A stretch of 64,000 bases of DNA from a virus: the IMG/VR virus record IMGVR_UViG_3300046171_000138. One strand, written 5' to 3'. A program made the position numbers and the translations under genes. The notes under the pieces are model-generated. The model did not search any database, was not told where the DNA came from, and saw nothing but the letters and a program-made list of their open reading frames with translations. Positions 36,263 through 46,338 of this stretch are shown piece by piece; within the stretch, counting starts at the first letter, position 1, and every line of letters starts with the position of its first letter.

Positions 36263-37401
36263 ATGTCTAATCCCACCTTTGGATATTTAGCGTCTCTTGT
36301 AACACCCCTAAAAACGAGAGTCGCATTACACACTGCAGAAGCAGGCAAGGTCGTAGAGGGTAAACTTGTTATTACACATAAAGACCCTTATCCTGTTAGG
36401 GTTAGGATCGGTGTATCCACTGGTGGAGTTCTTGACTTCAATCCAGAAAACTACATTCTCTATGATTATGAAATTGGTGAAGGTGAAAGTTACGAAAGTG
36501 ATACGATCTACTACGGTAACAATCAGACTCTAGTTGTCTGGTCAACATGTGCGAGCACTACATTTGTCTTGCACGGTCAGATTAAAACTGACCCAACCGC
36601 TACTGGATTTGTAGCAGCAGCAATGCTGAATCCTACAAAAACAAATACTACAATCTACTCTGTACCAACAGACGAAGAAGCTCTATTGAGTTTGTTTGTT
36701 GCTAACCAAAGTTCTAGCAACGCAAGATTTAGAATTGCAGTTGTTGATTCTAGTGTTGCACCTGCGGTTACTTCAGACCAATACATTGAATACAATCAAG
36801 ATCTACTACCGAGAGTTTCTTATCAAAGAAAAGATATTAAGGTAAGAGGCGATCAAAGTATTGTAGCATACTCCGATAACCCAGATGTTTCCATTTCAGT
36901 TTATGCAAAATTTAACTACAGTGTAGTTGATACTGACTTCACAATCGGCGGTCAGTTAACTGTTGGTGGCGCAGCAATTCTGCAAGACACTTAGAAGTGA
37001 GGCAGACAGCAACATTCAAAGAAACTCTGGATGCAGAAAAAGCAGTTACGATTGGCACTGATGCTGTACCAGCCAATCTGACAGTGAAAGGTGATGTTGC
37101 TGTTGGATCTGCATCCATAGCACAATCAACAGGTAACATTTCTACTCCAGGCATTCTAACAGCAAACACAATTGCAACCAGTGGTGATATTGTTGCTGGA
37201 TCCAATAAAGTAGTTTTGGATGGATCTGCAGGGGACCTTACCATGCAAGGACAATTGACTGTAGTAGGAGGATTCGCAGGTGATCTGAATCTTCTAAATA
37301 ATAAAGTAACGAATCTGGCAGATCCTGCTGCCGCAACGGACGCTGCAAATCGCAAGTACGTTGATAGTAAGGTTGTAGCATTCTCTATCGCATTAGGATA
37401 A
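36263..37401 (+). CDS. Fibre-associated structural protein split by a -1 frameshift at about 36991 (track ORFs 36263..36994 and 36997..37401)
   Basis: ...ILQDT-TAG versus overlapping TTA GAA GTG; restoring one T gives ILQDTLEVRQTATFKE. The C-terminus has KVTNLADP...DAANRKYVD and AFSIALG. Confidence 0.7.
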
Positions 37402-37415
37402 TACGGAGTTTATAA

Positions 37416-40400
37416 ATGGCAAAAAGACAAATTAGAGACTATGTATTCTCCCCAGGAATTGCTGGTGCAGGTACGCTAAAGATTCTTGACAAGGTAGATG
37501 TTGATCAAATTTTGATCATCAGTAACGCTACTAAAAACATTTTCTTATATAATTTTAGTGATCCATCACTACCAGTTTCAGTTGATTTTACATCAACAAC
37601 AGATGGATCAGATCCTGATTTTCCATACAGTAACACATTGTCTAATGGTGTAACTACCATTACATTTTTGTATGATACTTCTTCGCATTTTGCATCTGAC
37701 AAGATTCTAATTTTTGTCGAAGCAGAAGAACAGAGAACTAGACCATACGACTTCGGTACTGATGCTATCGAACGTATGAGGATGGCAACACCTCAATCGA
37801 TGCTTGACGCTGACTTTGAGTATGGCATCCAACCCACCAAGTGGCAGTCTCTTGACTTGCTACGTGGTTATCCTTCTATCTACGAAGTTCCTGGATCTGA
37901 TATCGGTATCGAAAGTGTAACGACCGATGCATCTTCTGGTTCTGGTTCAATTGGTCCTTCTAAAATTACTATTGATTCAACTCTAGATCATGGTTTGGTT
38001 GTTGGAGATCCTATCTCTATCAAAGGTCTCGATGATGCTGTTCCAGGTTTTGCTAAAGCAGAGGGTTCATTTATTATCGACTCTGTTCCATCAGCAACAC
38101 AGTTTACTTATTATGCCAAAGCAAAAGTAGGTACAACACCTGCTACTGCACTAAAATCTTCATTCACAATCCTGAAGCAAGCAGGTTTCTACACTGGCGC
38201 TGCAATCGGTACAAGCCCAACGTTTACTGTAGTAACACAGGGTGCTAGTGGTAACTTCGCAACTAGAGGATCTGCTACTCAAGGTGCTACTAAACTTGGT
38301 GTATCAGCAGTTTCTGTATTGCCACCGATTGGTGCTCCTCTTGGAGGCACAGGTATTGCAACAGGCACCCAGGTAACTGCTGTTGTTGATACTAATGCAA
38401 CACTAAACATTACTGATTCATTCACTGCTCCAGTATCTGAAATTACTTTCAATGATACTGCAAACATTGAGGTTGGTGCTGGTCTAGACAATGGAGCTGG
38501 TGAAACAGTTTTTGTTACTAATATTAATGGCAATGTAGTTACTCTATCTGCTCCATATACTGTAAATAAAACTGGTAACAGTTTTGTATCTCAACCAATT
38601 GCAGCTGCAGGTCTTAACTTTGGTAATGGTAGTGGCGCATCCTTTGATATCACAAGAACAGACGGTGCTTATAGCACCGTAATTGTAAACCCACAAAACT
38701 TTTATAATAGTGTTAACACTGGTGCATACTCTGGTCTAGGATCAGGGGCAACGTTTACCGTAGAAAGGATTGGTGGTGCATCCCCTTCATATCAGAATGT
38801 ATTCCCTGCTAATGCTGGTAGTGGATATTCTGCTACAGAAACAATTGTCATTCCTGGTTCTTCACTAGGTGGTGATGATACTACTAACGATCTTACTATT
38901 ACTATTGCTGGTGTCGATGCTTTTGGTGTCATCACATCTATCAATTTTTCAGGTACTCCATCTAATTCACAAACCCGAGCGGGTATTGATTTTGCTGTAG
39001 GAGAAGATCTGGTCATCTATGGTAATGCACTTGGTGGTACATCGCCAACAAATGATCTCAACATTCACATCACTGGTGTTACTGCTTCGGGAGGTATTGA
39101 TACATTTAATGTTACTGGTACTGCGGTTCCTTCCAGTCAAACATACAACGGTGTTGAACAGTCATCCACAACTGGATCTGGTATCAATGCTGGATTCCAA
39201 ATTGAAAGAGTTGGTGCTGGTCAGAATACTGCACAGGTAGATGAGGTCATCATTGGTGGTACAGTCGAAGTTGATGATACATTCAAGATTACTCTTAATG
39301 GTACTACAGACTTTACATACACAGCTTTAGCAGGTGATACCACTACAGCAGTTAGAAATGCATTGATTGGTTTAGTCAATGCGTCTTCAGTTGTTTATGC
39401 GGCTAGTGGATCAACTAGTGGTAGTTTAGATATTACCGCATTGTCCCCAGGAACTTCATTTACACTTTCTGTTCTTACAGAAGATGCTGGTGGTAACGCA
39501 GCTGATACACAAACAATGGTTACAAATAATGTAACCCCCAACTTCAGCGCCAGCACAACTCCTGCATACAATGTTACTATTGGAAACCCTGGTCAGAACT
39601 ATGCCAACCTAGACGACATCGTTATTAATGGTGATGTTCTTGGTGGAACAGCTGGGGTCAATGATCTAACCATTACAGTACAAACAGTTGATGCACAAGG
39701 TGGCATTACTGGTATCACTCTTGCTGGTACGCCTTGGGACGGTAATCAAACGTATATAAACTATACTGCTAACCCAACGGCATTTAATGCAACGTTCACA
39801 CCGAGAATTTCTTCGGGTAGTTATTCACCAGAAATTACTAATGGTGGTACTGGATACAAAATTGGATATCAATTCTCAATTTCTGGTGCTTCTCTAGGTG
39901 GTTCTCCAACTACAAATGACATGACGATTACCGTCAGTAATGTTGACGTTGCAGGAACTATTACAGAGGTTACGGCATCTGGTACTCCAGTTTCTGGAGA
40001 TACAATTGCATTCTTCAAAGCAGTATCTTTGAGTGCTCCTACCACAAGCACTGTAGGAAATGGAACCACAGTTACATACTCCGCTATTGCGAAGATTAAT
40101 GTAACATTTTCAACTAACCATGGTCTAGTACCTGGCGACACGATTCTGGTATCAATTACATCTAACTCTCCTGGTCATGATCTAGCATCTGGACCATTCT
40201 TTGTAGATGAAGTACCTGGTCTAGACAACTTTACTTATACAGCAAGAACAACTGGTACTGTTACCGAAAGCGGTATTGTTGGTTCTGTATATCCAAGAAC
40301 TGATTCATTCTATACACACAGACCATTTGATGGTGGTGTTCAGTTGGGTACAGGTTCTCCTGCACACGGCGCACAAGCAGTTCGTCAATCCAAGAAGTAT

Positions 40401-42428
40401 ATCAGATATCAGTCTGGTAAAGGTATCATGTATACCACTGGTGCTTTGTTCGCACCTTCTTACGACTTGAGAAGTGTGGATGCTGATGGAACTTCAATTG
40501 GTAGTATCATTACTTGTGTTACTGATGACCTTAATCACGGTCTACAGGTTGGTGCAGAAGTTCAGCTAGTTGGTTTGACCACAGCAGGATATAATGATCA
40601 CTACACTGTAGCGTCGGTTATTGATGAAATTACATTTACTGTTCTTGCACAGAATAACCTAGCATCTACATCAGCAGCATTTGGCGATCAGCCAGTTGTT
40701 GCTCTGTATAGATGGCAGGGTGCTACGGTTCGTGCTGGTGCATTTGATGATCAGAATGGTATCTTCTTCCAGTATGACGGATCTAACATTGCTGTCGGAT
40801 TGAGATCTTCTACATTCCAGATTGCTGGTGTAGTAACAGCAACTTCAGACTCTAACGAACTTACTGGAACTAACACCAAGTTTACTGAACAGTTATCTGT
40901 TGGTGACAGAATTGTCGTTCGTGGTATGTCTCACGTTATCACCAAAATTGATAACAACACTAGACTGTATATGAACCCAGACTTTAGAGGAGTTTCTAAT
41001 GCAGTTAACGTCAAAGCAGCACTGACTAAAGAAATTATTATCCCACAAAATCAGTGGAACATTGATAGATGTGATGGAACTGGTAAGTCTGGATATGACA
41101 TCCAAATCAACAGGATGCAGATGATTGGATTCCAATACACCTGGTATGGTGCTGGATTCATTGACTGGATGTTCAGAGGTCCCGCTGGTAACTTCACATT
41201 CTGCCACAGACTGAAGAACAACAACAGAAACAACGAAGCATTCATGCGTTCTGGTAACCTACCAGTTCGTTATGAGGTCATTAACGAAGGTGCTAAAGGT
41301 AGACTAGCAACTCAATTGGCTGATACAGAACTTGATACGATTGCACTTAAAGATGCATCTTTGTTCCCCAACAACGGAACTCTATTAATCAATAATGAAA
41401 TTGTAAGATACACTAATAGAGCAACTAATAATCTAACAGGTCTTACTAGATCTGCAAATTACACTAACTTTGCTGCAGGTTCTCAAAGAACATACAAAGC
41501 AGGTAGTGCTGCACAACACGCAGAAAACACTGGTGTTATTCTACTATCAAACACAGCAACACCACAGATTAATCACTGGGGTTCTGCATTCCTAACTGAT
41601 GGTGGATTCGATGAAGATCGTGGATACCTATTCAACTACCAAGAAAAAGAAGTTGAACTTACAACTACCAAGTCTACAATCTTCTTGATCAGACTATCTC
41701 CTAGTGTTTCTAATGCTATCACTGGTGACCTAGGTGAGAGAGAACTAATCAACCGAGCACAGTTGCTACTCAAGAACATTGAGATTACTGCACAGGGTGG
41801 ATCAAGTTCGCAAGGTATCATTATTGAGGGTGTTCTTAATCCTAAAAACTATCCAACCGATCCAAACGATGTTACCTGGGCAGGTCTGAATACAGGTGGT
41901 TCTGGTGGACAACCATCGTTCGCACAGATTGCATCTGGTGGTGATATCACATTCATCGGTGGTATCTCTCCAGTTTCAGCATCAAACGCTGGCACACAAA
42001 ACTATAATTCCAACTATGTCTTCTTTAATACCTCTGACATCTCTGGTGTGCAGATTGGTTTTGAGGTAACTGGTGGTGACTTGAGAGGAGGAACTACTGT
42101 TGCTAACATCTTTAGAAGAAATAGTAGTACGACCTGGGTTCAGTTCTCTGACAGAACTAGAGCTGGTTCTGCAGGATCTTCTACCTATGTGTTCGCACCT
42201 CTAACTGGTGCAGCAACTCCTGGAGAGCAGGTCTTTGCATTCACTGCAGCACCTGGTTCCAGAGATAACATCGATCTATCAGAACTGAAGGAACTTACTA
42301 ACACTCCTATCGGTGGTAGAGGTACATTCCCCAACGGTCCAGACGTACTAGCGATCAACGCTTATCTAACTTCTGGTAGCGCAGTTAATGCGACGATTAA
42401 CATTCGTTGGTCTGAAGCACAGGCATAA
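37416..42428 (+). CDS. Large virion structural protein (1670 aa), cyanophage fibre/baseplate type
   Basis: AIERMRMATPQSMLDADFEYGIQPTKW, RQSKKYIRYQSGKGI, LRSGNLPVRYE-like and HWGSAFLTDGGFDEDRGY motifs; four internal LGG...NDLTIT repeats. Confidence 0.8.
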   Translation: MAKRQIRDYVFSPGIAGAGTLKILDKVDVDQILIISNATKNIFLYNFSDPSLPVSVDFTSTTDGSDPDFPYSNTLSNGVTTITFLYDTSSHFASDKILIFVEAEEQRTRPYDFGTDAIERMRMATPQSMLDADFEYGIQPTKWQSLDLLRGYPSIYEVPGSDIGIESVTTDASSGSGSIGPSKITIDSTLDHGLVVGDPISIKGLDDAVPGFAKAEGSFIIDSVPSATQFTYYAKAKVGTTPATALKSSFTILKQAGFYTGAAIGTSPTFTVVTQGASGNFATRGSATQGATKLGVSAVSVLPPIGAPLGGTGIATGTQVTAVVDTNATLNITDSFTAPVSEITFNDTANIEVGAGLDNGAGETVFVTNINGNVVTLSAPYTVNKTGNSFVSQPIAAAGLNFGNGSGASFDITRTDGAYSTVIVNPQNFYNSVNTGAYSGLGSGATFTVERIGGASPSYQNVFPANAGSGYSATETIVIPGSSLGGDDTTNDLTITIAGVDAFGVITSINFSGTPSNSQTRAGIDFAVGEDLVIYGNALGGTSPTNDLNIHITGVTASGGIDTFNVTGTAVPSSQTYNGVEQSSTTGSGINAGFQIERVGAGQNTAQVDEVIIGGTVEVDDTFKITLNGTTDFTYTALAGDTTTAVRNALIGLVNASSVVYAASGSTSGSLDITALSPGTSFTLSVLTEDAGGNAADTQTMVTNNVTPNFSASTTPAYNVTIGNPGQNYANLDDIVINGDVLGGTAGVNDLTITVQTVDAQGGITGITLAGTPWDGNQTYINYTANPTAFNATFTPRISSGSYSPEITNGGTGYKIGYQFSISGASLGGSPTTNDMTITVSNVDVAGTITEVTASGTPVSGDTIAFFKAVSLSAPTTSTVGNGTTVTYSAIAKINVTFSTNHGLVPGDTILVSITSNSPGHDLASGPFFVDEVPGLDNFTYTARTTGTVTESGIVGSVYPRTDSFYTHRPFDGGVQLGTGSPAHGAQAVRQSKKYIRYQSGKGIMYTTGALFAPSYDLRSVDADGTSIGSIITCVTDDLNHGLQVGAEVQLVGLTTAGYNDHYTVASVIDEITFTVLAQNNLASTSAAFGDQPVVALYRWQGATVRAGAFDDQNGIFFQYDGSNIAVGLRSSTFQIAGVVTATSDSNELTGTNTKFTEQLSVGDRIVVRGMSHVITKIDNNTRLYMNPDFRGVSNAVNVKAALTKEIIIPQNQWNIDRCDGTGKSGYDIQINRMQMIGFQYTWYGAGFIDWMFRGPAGNFTFCHRLKNNNRNNEAFMRSGNLPVRYEVINEGAKGRLATQLADTELDTIALKDASLFPNNGTLLINNEIVRYTNRATNNLTGLTRSANYTNFAAGSQRTYKAGSAAQHAENTGVILLSNTATPQINHWGSAFLTDGGFDEDRGYLFNYQEKEVELTTTKSTIFLIRLSPSVSNAITGDLGERELINRAQLLLKNIEITAQGGSSSQGIIIEGVLNPKNYPTDPNDVTWAGLNTGGSGGQPSFAQIASGGDITFIGGISPVSASNAGTQNYNSNYVFFNTSDISGVQIGFEVTGGDLRGGTTVANIFRRNSSTTWVQFSDRTRAGSAGSSTYVFAPLTGAATPGEQVFAFTAAPGSRDNIDLSELKELTNTPIGGRGTFPNGPDVLAINAYLTSGSAVNATINIRWSEAQA

Positions 42429-42438
42429 GGAGTAACTA

Positions 42439-43269
42439 ATGGCAGAACCCTCAAGTAGACAAGAACTCAAAGATTATTGTTTGAGGCGTCTCGGTCATCC
42501 AGTTCTTGAAATTAACGTAGATGATGATCAACTGGATGACTTGATTGATGATGCTTTCCAATACTATAGAGAGCGTCATTTTGATGGCGTTGAACAAATG
42601 TATCTCAAACATGAGATTACAGCAGACGATGTAACACGTTTTGATAGTGCTGATGAAACGTCATCAACACCAGCTCCTGATGCATCTACCTGGTTGACTA
42701 GAAAGAACTTTATTGAAATTCCAGAACATATAGTTGGCATCTCTAAAGTGATGGGTATCTCATCTAACTTTGCGAGAAACAATCTCTTTGGTATGAATAA
42801 CCAATACTTCCTGATGGACATCTTTTCGTTCTCATCAGGATTTGCTTTTGGTAATTTTGATATGTCAAATTACTATATGCTCAAGCAATATTTTGAGACA
42901 CTTGACATGATTGTCCAGACTGGATCATTGGTTCAGTATAGATTTAATCAAAGATCAGACAGGTTGTATCTTGATATTGATAAAGCAAGAATGATTGAAG
43001 GTAATTATTTGTTGATTGATTGTCAACGTTATCTCAATCCAGATGATTTTAGTCAAGTCTATAACGATAGTTTTGTCAAGCAATATCTAACTGCACTGAT
43101 CAAGAGACAGTGGGGTCAGAACCTAATCAAGTTTAACAACGTACAACTACCTGGTGGTGTATCACTCAATGGTAGACAGTTGTTTGAGGATGCACAAAAA
43201 GAAATTGATGCTCTCATGGCGAAGAGTTCTTCTTACTATGAACTTCCCCCAATGGATATGATCGGATGA
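42439..43269 (+). CDS. gp13: Neck protein gp13
   Basis: ELKDYCLRRLGHPVLEINVDDDQ, KRQWGQNLIKF, QLPGGVSLNG. Confidence 0.95.
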   Translation: MAEPSSRQELKDYCLRRLGHPVLEINVDDDQLDDLIDDAFQYYRERHFDGVEQMYLKHEITADDVTRFDSADETSSTPAPDASTWLTRKNFIEIPEHIVGISKVMGISSNFARNNLFGMNNQYFLMDIFSFSSGFAFGNFDMSNYYMLKQYFETLDMIVQTGSLVQYRFNQRSDRLYLDIDKARMIEGNYLLIDCQRYLNPDDFSQVYNDSFVKQYLTALIKRQWGQNLIKFNNVQLPGGVSLNGRQLFEDAQKEIDALMAKSSSYYELPPMDMIG

Positions 43270-44144
43270 AAAGTATTTACTTTCCTCAACACGGTGGTGT
43301 CAGTACAGAGCAATCACTTATCCAAAGTTTAGTGGATGAGCAAATTAGATTGTTTGGTAGTGATGTCTACTATCTTCCTCGGAAGATGATTAAAGATGTA
43401 GCACTAGATGATATTTTGTATTCCGAGTTTAATACTCAATACATGATTGAGATGCTATTGATTAATGTTGAGGGATTTGGATCACCATCTGAATTCATTA
43501 GTAAGTTTGGTCTACGTATCACCGATGAGATCACGATGGTGGTATCGCAGAACAGATGGAGTCAGGTATTCCAAGAGTTTGCTGATGTTACAACTGTAGA
43601 TGGCAGACCTAATGAGGGAGACCTTATCTATCTACCACTTACTAAAGATCTATATGAGATCAAGTTTGTAGAAAGAGAAGCACCGTTCTACCAGCTAGGT
43701 AAGAACTATATCTACACGATGACTGCAGAGATCTACGAGCTTGGTAATGATGAGTTCGAGACAGGCATCGAAGAGATTGATGTCATCGAAGAGATCTTTG
43801 CTCCTTCAATTACTCTTGCTATGGATACTGATGCAACAACTCATTATTCATTGGGCGAGATTGTAACTGGTGGAACCACAGGAACTACAGCAGAAGTATC
43901 GTTCTGGGATAGAGATACTCACGAACTCAAACTTATTAATAGGAATGGTAATTTTACACCAGGAGAATCTATCACTGGTGGTACTAGCGGAACAGTACAG
44001 AACAGTGTCACTGTAGATAATCTATCACTAGAAAACGTCCAGTACGCCGACAATAAATACATTGAGACTACAGGTAATGATTTACTTGATTTTACTGAAG
44101 TGAATCCATTCGGAGAGTATGGCAACGTTACTGGTGAATTTTGA
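43266..44144 (+). CDS. gp14: Neck protein gp14
   Basis: DVYYLPR, GFGSPSEFISKFGLRI, RPNEGDLIYLP, PFYQLGK, FTEVNPFGE. Confidence 0.95.
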   Translation: MKSIYFPQHGGVSTEQSLIQSLVDEQIRLFGSDVYYLPRKMIKDVALDDILYSEFNTQYMIEMLLINVEGFGSPSEFISKFGLRITDEITMVVSQNRWSQVFQEFADVTTVDGRPNEGDLIYLPLTKDLYEIKFVEREAPFYQLGKNYIYTMTAEIYELGNDEFETGIEEIDVIEEIFAPSITLAMDTDATTHYSLGEIVTGGTTGTTAEVSFWDRDTHELKLINRNGNFTPGESITGGTSGTVQNSVTVDNLSLENVQYADNKYIETTGNDLLDFTEVNPFGEYGNVTGEF

Positions 44145-44944
44145 TGTTAGGACCACATTTTTATAACGAAGCGATTAGAAAAACAGTAATCGGTTTCGGT
44201 ACACTATTCAATAATATTGAAATTAGAAAGAAAGATCCTTCTACTGGGGAAATATTAGAAGCAGAAAAAGTCCCGCTTGCTTATGGACCCAAGCAAAAAT
44301 TTCTAACACGTATAGAGCAAAATCCAGACGTTACTAATAAAGTAGCAATTACTGTACCTCGTCTGTATTTTGATATGACTAATATTACATACGACACTAC
44401 TAGAAAAATTGCTCCTACTCAACGTCTCAAGAAGACTATTGATTCTGATGGAGAATCTCTTTCTGTACAATATGTACCAGTGCCTTATAACATAGAGTTT
44501 GAGCTAGGTATCATTGCCAAGTCTCAAGATGATGGTCTGCAAATTCTTGAACAGATATTACCATACTTCCAACCTAACTTCAATATTACATTGAATATGA
44601 TCCCTGAAATGGGAGAAAAGAAAGACGTTGCTATCAACTTAAATGGTATCAACTATGAAGATGAATGGGATGGTGATTTTTTAGATAGAAGAAGTATTGT
44701 ATGGACTCTTAACTTTACTGCCAGATCTTATATCTACGGTCCATTCACCAAAGCAGGTGTTATCAAGAAAGCAATTGTATACGAATCAATTGGAGACAAG
44801 AACGATTCGCCAGACAACAGAAATACAAAACTTTCATACACACCTAAAGCATTGGAAGATAAAAATGCTGATGGTGTAATCAATGCTGCTGACGATGCAC
44901 TTGTTATCAGTACAGATGACTTCGGATTTAATGAGGGGAATTGA
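44144..44944 (+). CDS. gp15: Tail sheath stabiliser/terminator gp15 (true end probably 44954)
   Basis: IRKTVIGFGTLFNNI, KVPLAYGPKQKF, QILEQILPYFQP. An extra G at 44935-44938 appears to truncate the last codons. Confidence 0.95.
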   Translation: MLGPHFYNEAIRKTVIGFGTLFNNIEIRKKDPSTGEILEAEKVPLAYGPKQKFLTRIEQNPDVTNKVAITVPRLYFDMTNITYDTTRKIAPTQRLKKTIDSDGESLSVQYVPVPYNIEFELGIIAKSQDDGLQILEQILPYFQPNFNITLNMIPEMGEKKDVAINLNGINYEDEWDGDFLDRRSIVWTLNFTARSYIYGPFTKAGVIKKAIVYESIGDKNDSPDNRNTKLSYTPKALEDKNADGVINAADDALVISTDDFGFNEGN

Positions 44945-44950
44945 ATTGCT

Positions 44951-45385
44951 ATGAAAGAATTTGAAAAGAACATGGAAGATATCTTTGATATCGAAGTCGA
45001 AAAAGAAGATAATGCAATTGAACAATCACAACCATCCAAGCCTGTTCCCAAGAAACAAGAGCAGGATCACCAGGATAAAGATTATGATTATACCAGAGCA
45101 CAACTATACAACCTCATAGACAAGGGTCAGGAGGCGTTCAACGGGGCGTTAGAGGTTGCACAGGAGTCAGGGCACCCTAGAGCGTATGAAGTCGCTGTGA
45201 ACGCCATGAAGCAGGTAGCAGACACCACTGATAAACTGATTGATTTGCAGAAGAAGATGAAGGATCTCGATGCTCCTACGAAAAACTCTGTGAATACAAA
45301 GACCACAAACAACTTATTTGTTGGTAGTACAGCAGATCTACAAAAGATGCTGAAGCAAATAAATAAACAAGAAGATTCGGATTGA
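44951..45385 (+). CDS. gp16: Terminase small subunit gp16
   Basis: DYDYTRAQLYNLIDKG, HPRAYEVA, NNLFVGSTADLQKML. Confidence 0.95.
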   Translation: MKEFEKNMEDIFDIEVEKEDNAIEQSQPSKPVPKKQEQDHQDKDYDYTRAQLYNLIDKGQEAFNGALEVAQESGHPRAYEVAVNAMKQVADTTDKLIDLQKKMKDLDAPTKNSVNTKTTNNLFVGSTADLQKMLKQINKQEDSD

Positions 45386-45391
45386 TAAATA
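45384..45391 (+). promoter_or_regulatory. T4-type late promoter motif (GATAAATA) abutting an ATG
   Basis: The motif's last base is the A of the ATG at 45391. Confidence 0.4.
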
Positions 45392-45789
45392 TGAAGTCCT
45401 TCAAACAACTACGTATTGACATCACCGAAGCAGCAGAAAAACGTTACTGCCCTGGATGTGAAAAGTGGGAGACTAGAGCAGTCTGCCGATTCGGAGTTGA
45501 ATACTGGGACAAGTACGCCGTCAAAAACTTTGAAGAATCAGTGCTCGAAGGAGCAGCCTGGACCAAAAAGTCAGGAAAGAAAAAGTCAGGAGGACTCAAT
45601 GAAAAAGGACGAAAGTCTTATGAAAAGGAAAATCCAGGATCTGACCTTAAAGCACCGTCAAAGAAGGTTGGAAATCCCAGACGGGCATCCTTCTGCGCTA
45701 GAATGAAAGGCATGAGGAAGAGGCAGAAGAAATCAAACAATACAGGTGATGATCGCCTATCAAAATCATTACGTGCTTGGAATTGCTGA
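45391..45789 (+). CDS. Basic hypothetical protein (DUF6321-like C-terminus), possible internal head protein
   Basis: MKSFKQL...ITEA; AWTKKSG...GGLNEKGRKSY...NPRRASFCARM...LRAWNC. Confidence 0.7.
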   Translation: MKSFKQLRIDITEAAEKRYCPGCEKWETRAVCRFGVEYWDKYAVKNFEESVLEGAAWTKKSGKKKSGGLNEKGRKSYEKENPGSDLKAPSKKVGNPRRASFCARMKGMRKRQKKSNNTGDDRLSKSLRAWNC

Positions 45790-45868
45790 CATAACTTGTG
45801 AAAAGAATGTTAAAATACTGAAATACCCCTTATTAGATCTATAATTAGTTATGAGTTTTAAGAATGAA

Positions 45869-46018
45869 ATGCGTCTAAACGACACTGATGTATACCGCCT
45901 AATCAAAGCGTGTCAAGTCTATCAAGACAAGACAGGCTCGGAATACATGTGGGATGAATACCACGAGTTGATTGAAAAACTTAAAACATATCAAGAACAA
46001 CATTCGACAAGCAAATGA
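45869..46018 (+). CDS. Small hypothetical protein (49 aa; alternative start 45851)
   Basis: Hand translation MRLNDTDVYRLIKACQVYQDKTGSEYMWDEYHELIEKLKTY...; ATGA overlap with petE. Below the ORF-track cutoff. Confidence 0.6.
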   Translation: MRLNDTDVYRLIKACQVYQDKTGSEYMWDEYHELIEKLKTYQEQHSTSK

Positions 46019-46338
46019 AAATTTTATGTGCGTTTCTAATTACGCTATTTTTTGCTGCTCCAGTATGGGCAGTTGATGTCTCAATGGGTGCTGGTGGTAA
46101 CCTAGTATTTGAACCTAATGAGATTACAATCTCTGCAGGGGACACAGTTCACTTTATTAACGAAGCACTACCCCCTCACAATATTATTGTAGAAGGTCGT
46201 GCAGATCTCTCTAGAGAAGCACTATTGTTTGCTCCTGGAGAATCACAAGACGTTGTATTTGCTGACGCAGGAGATTATAATTTCTTCTGTGGTCCTCATC
46301 AGGGTGCAGGTATGACTGGCGTAGTTCATGTGGAATAA
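46015..46338 (+). CDS. petE: Plastocyanin
   Basis: Signal peptide ending AVWA-like, LVFEPNEITISAGDTV, PPHN and FFCGPHQGAGM supply the four type-1 Cu ligands H, C, H, M. Confidence 0.95.
   Translation: MKILCAFLITLFFAAPVWAVDVSMGAGGNLVFEPNEITISAGDTVHFINEALPPHNIIVEGRADLSREALLFAPGESQDVVFADAGDYNFFCGPHQGAGMTGVVHVE

Noticed and set aside
45790-45853. 7-bp inverted repeat CATAACT/AGTTATG flanking a TATAAT at 45840
   Set aside because: It is too short for a 50-nt spacing in AT-rich DNA, has no inner pairing and no good -35; noted only as a weak analogue of the 49450 hairpin.
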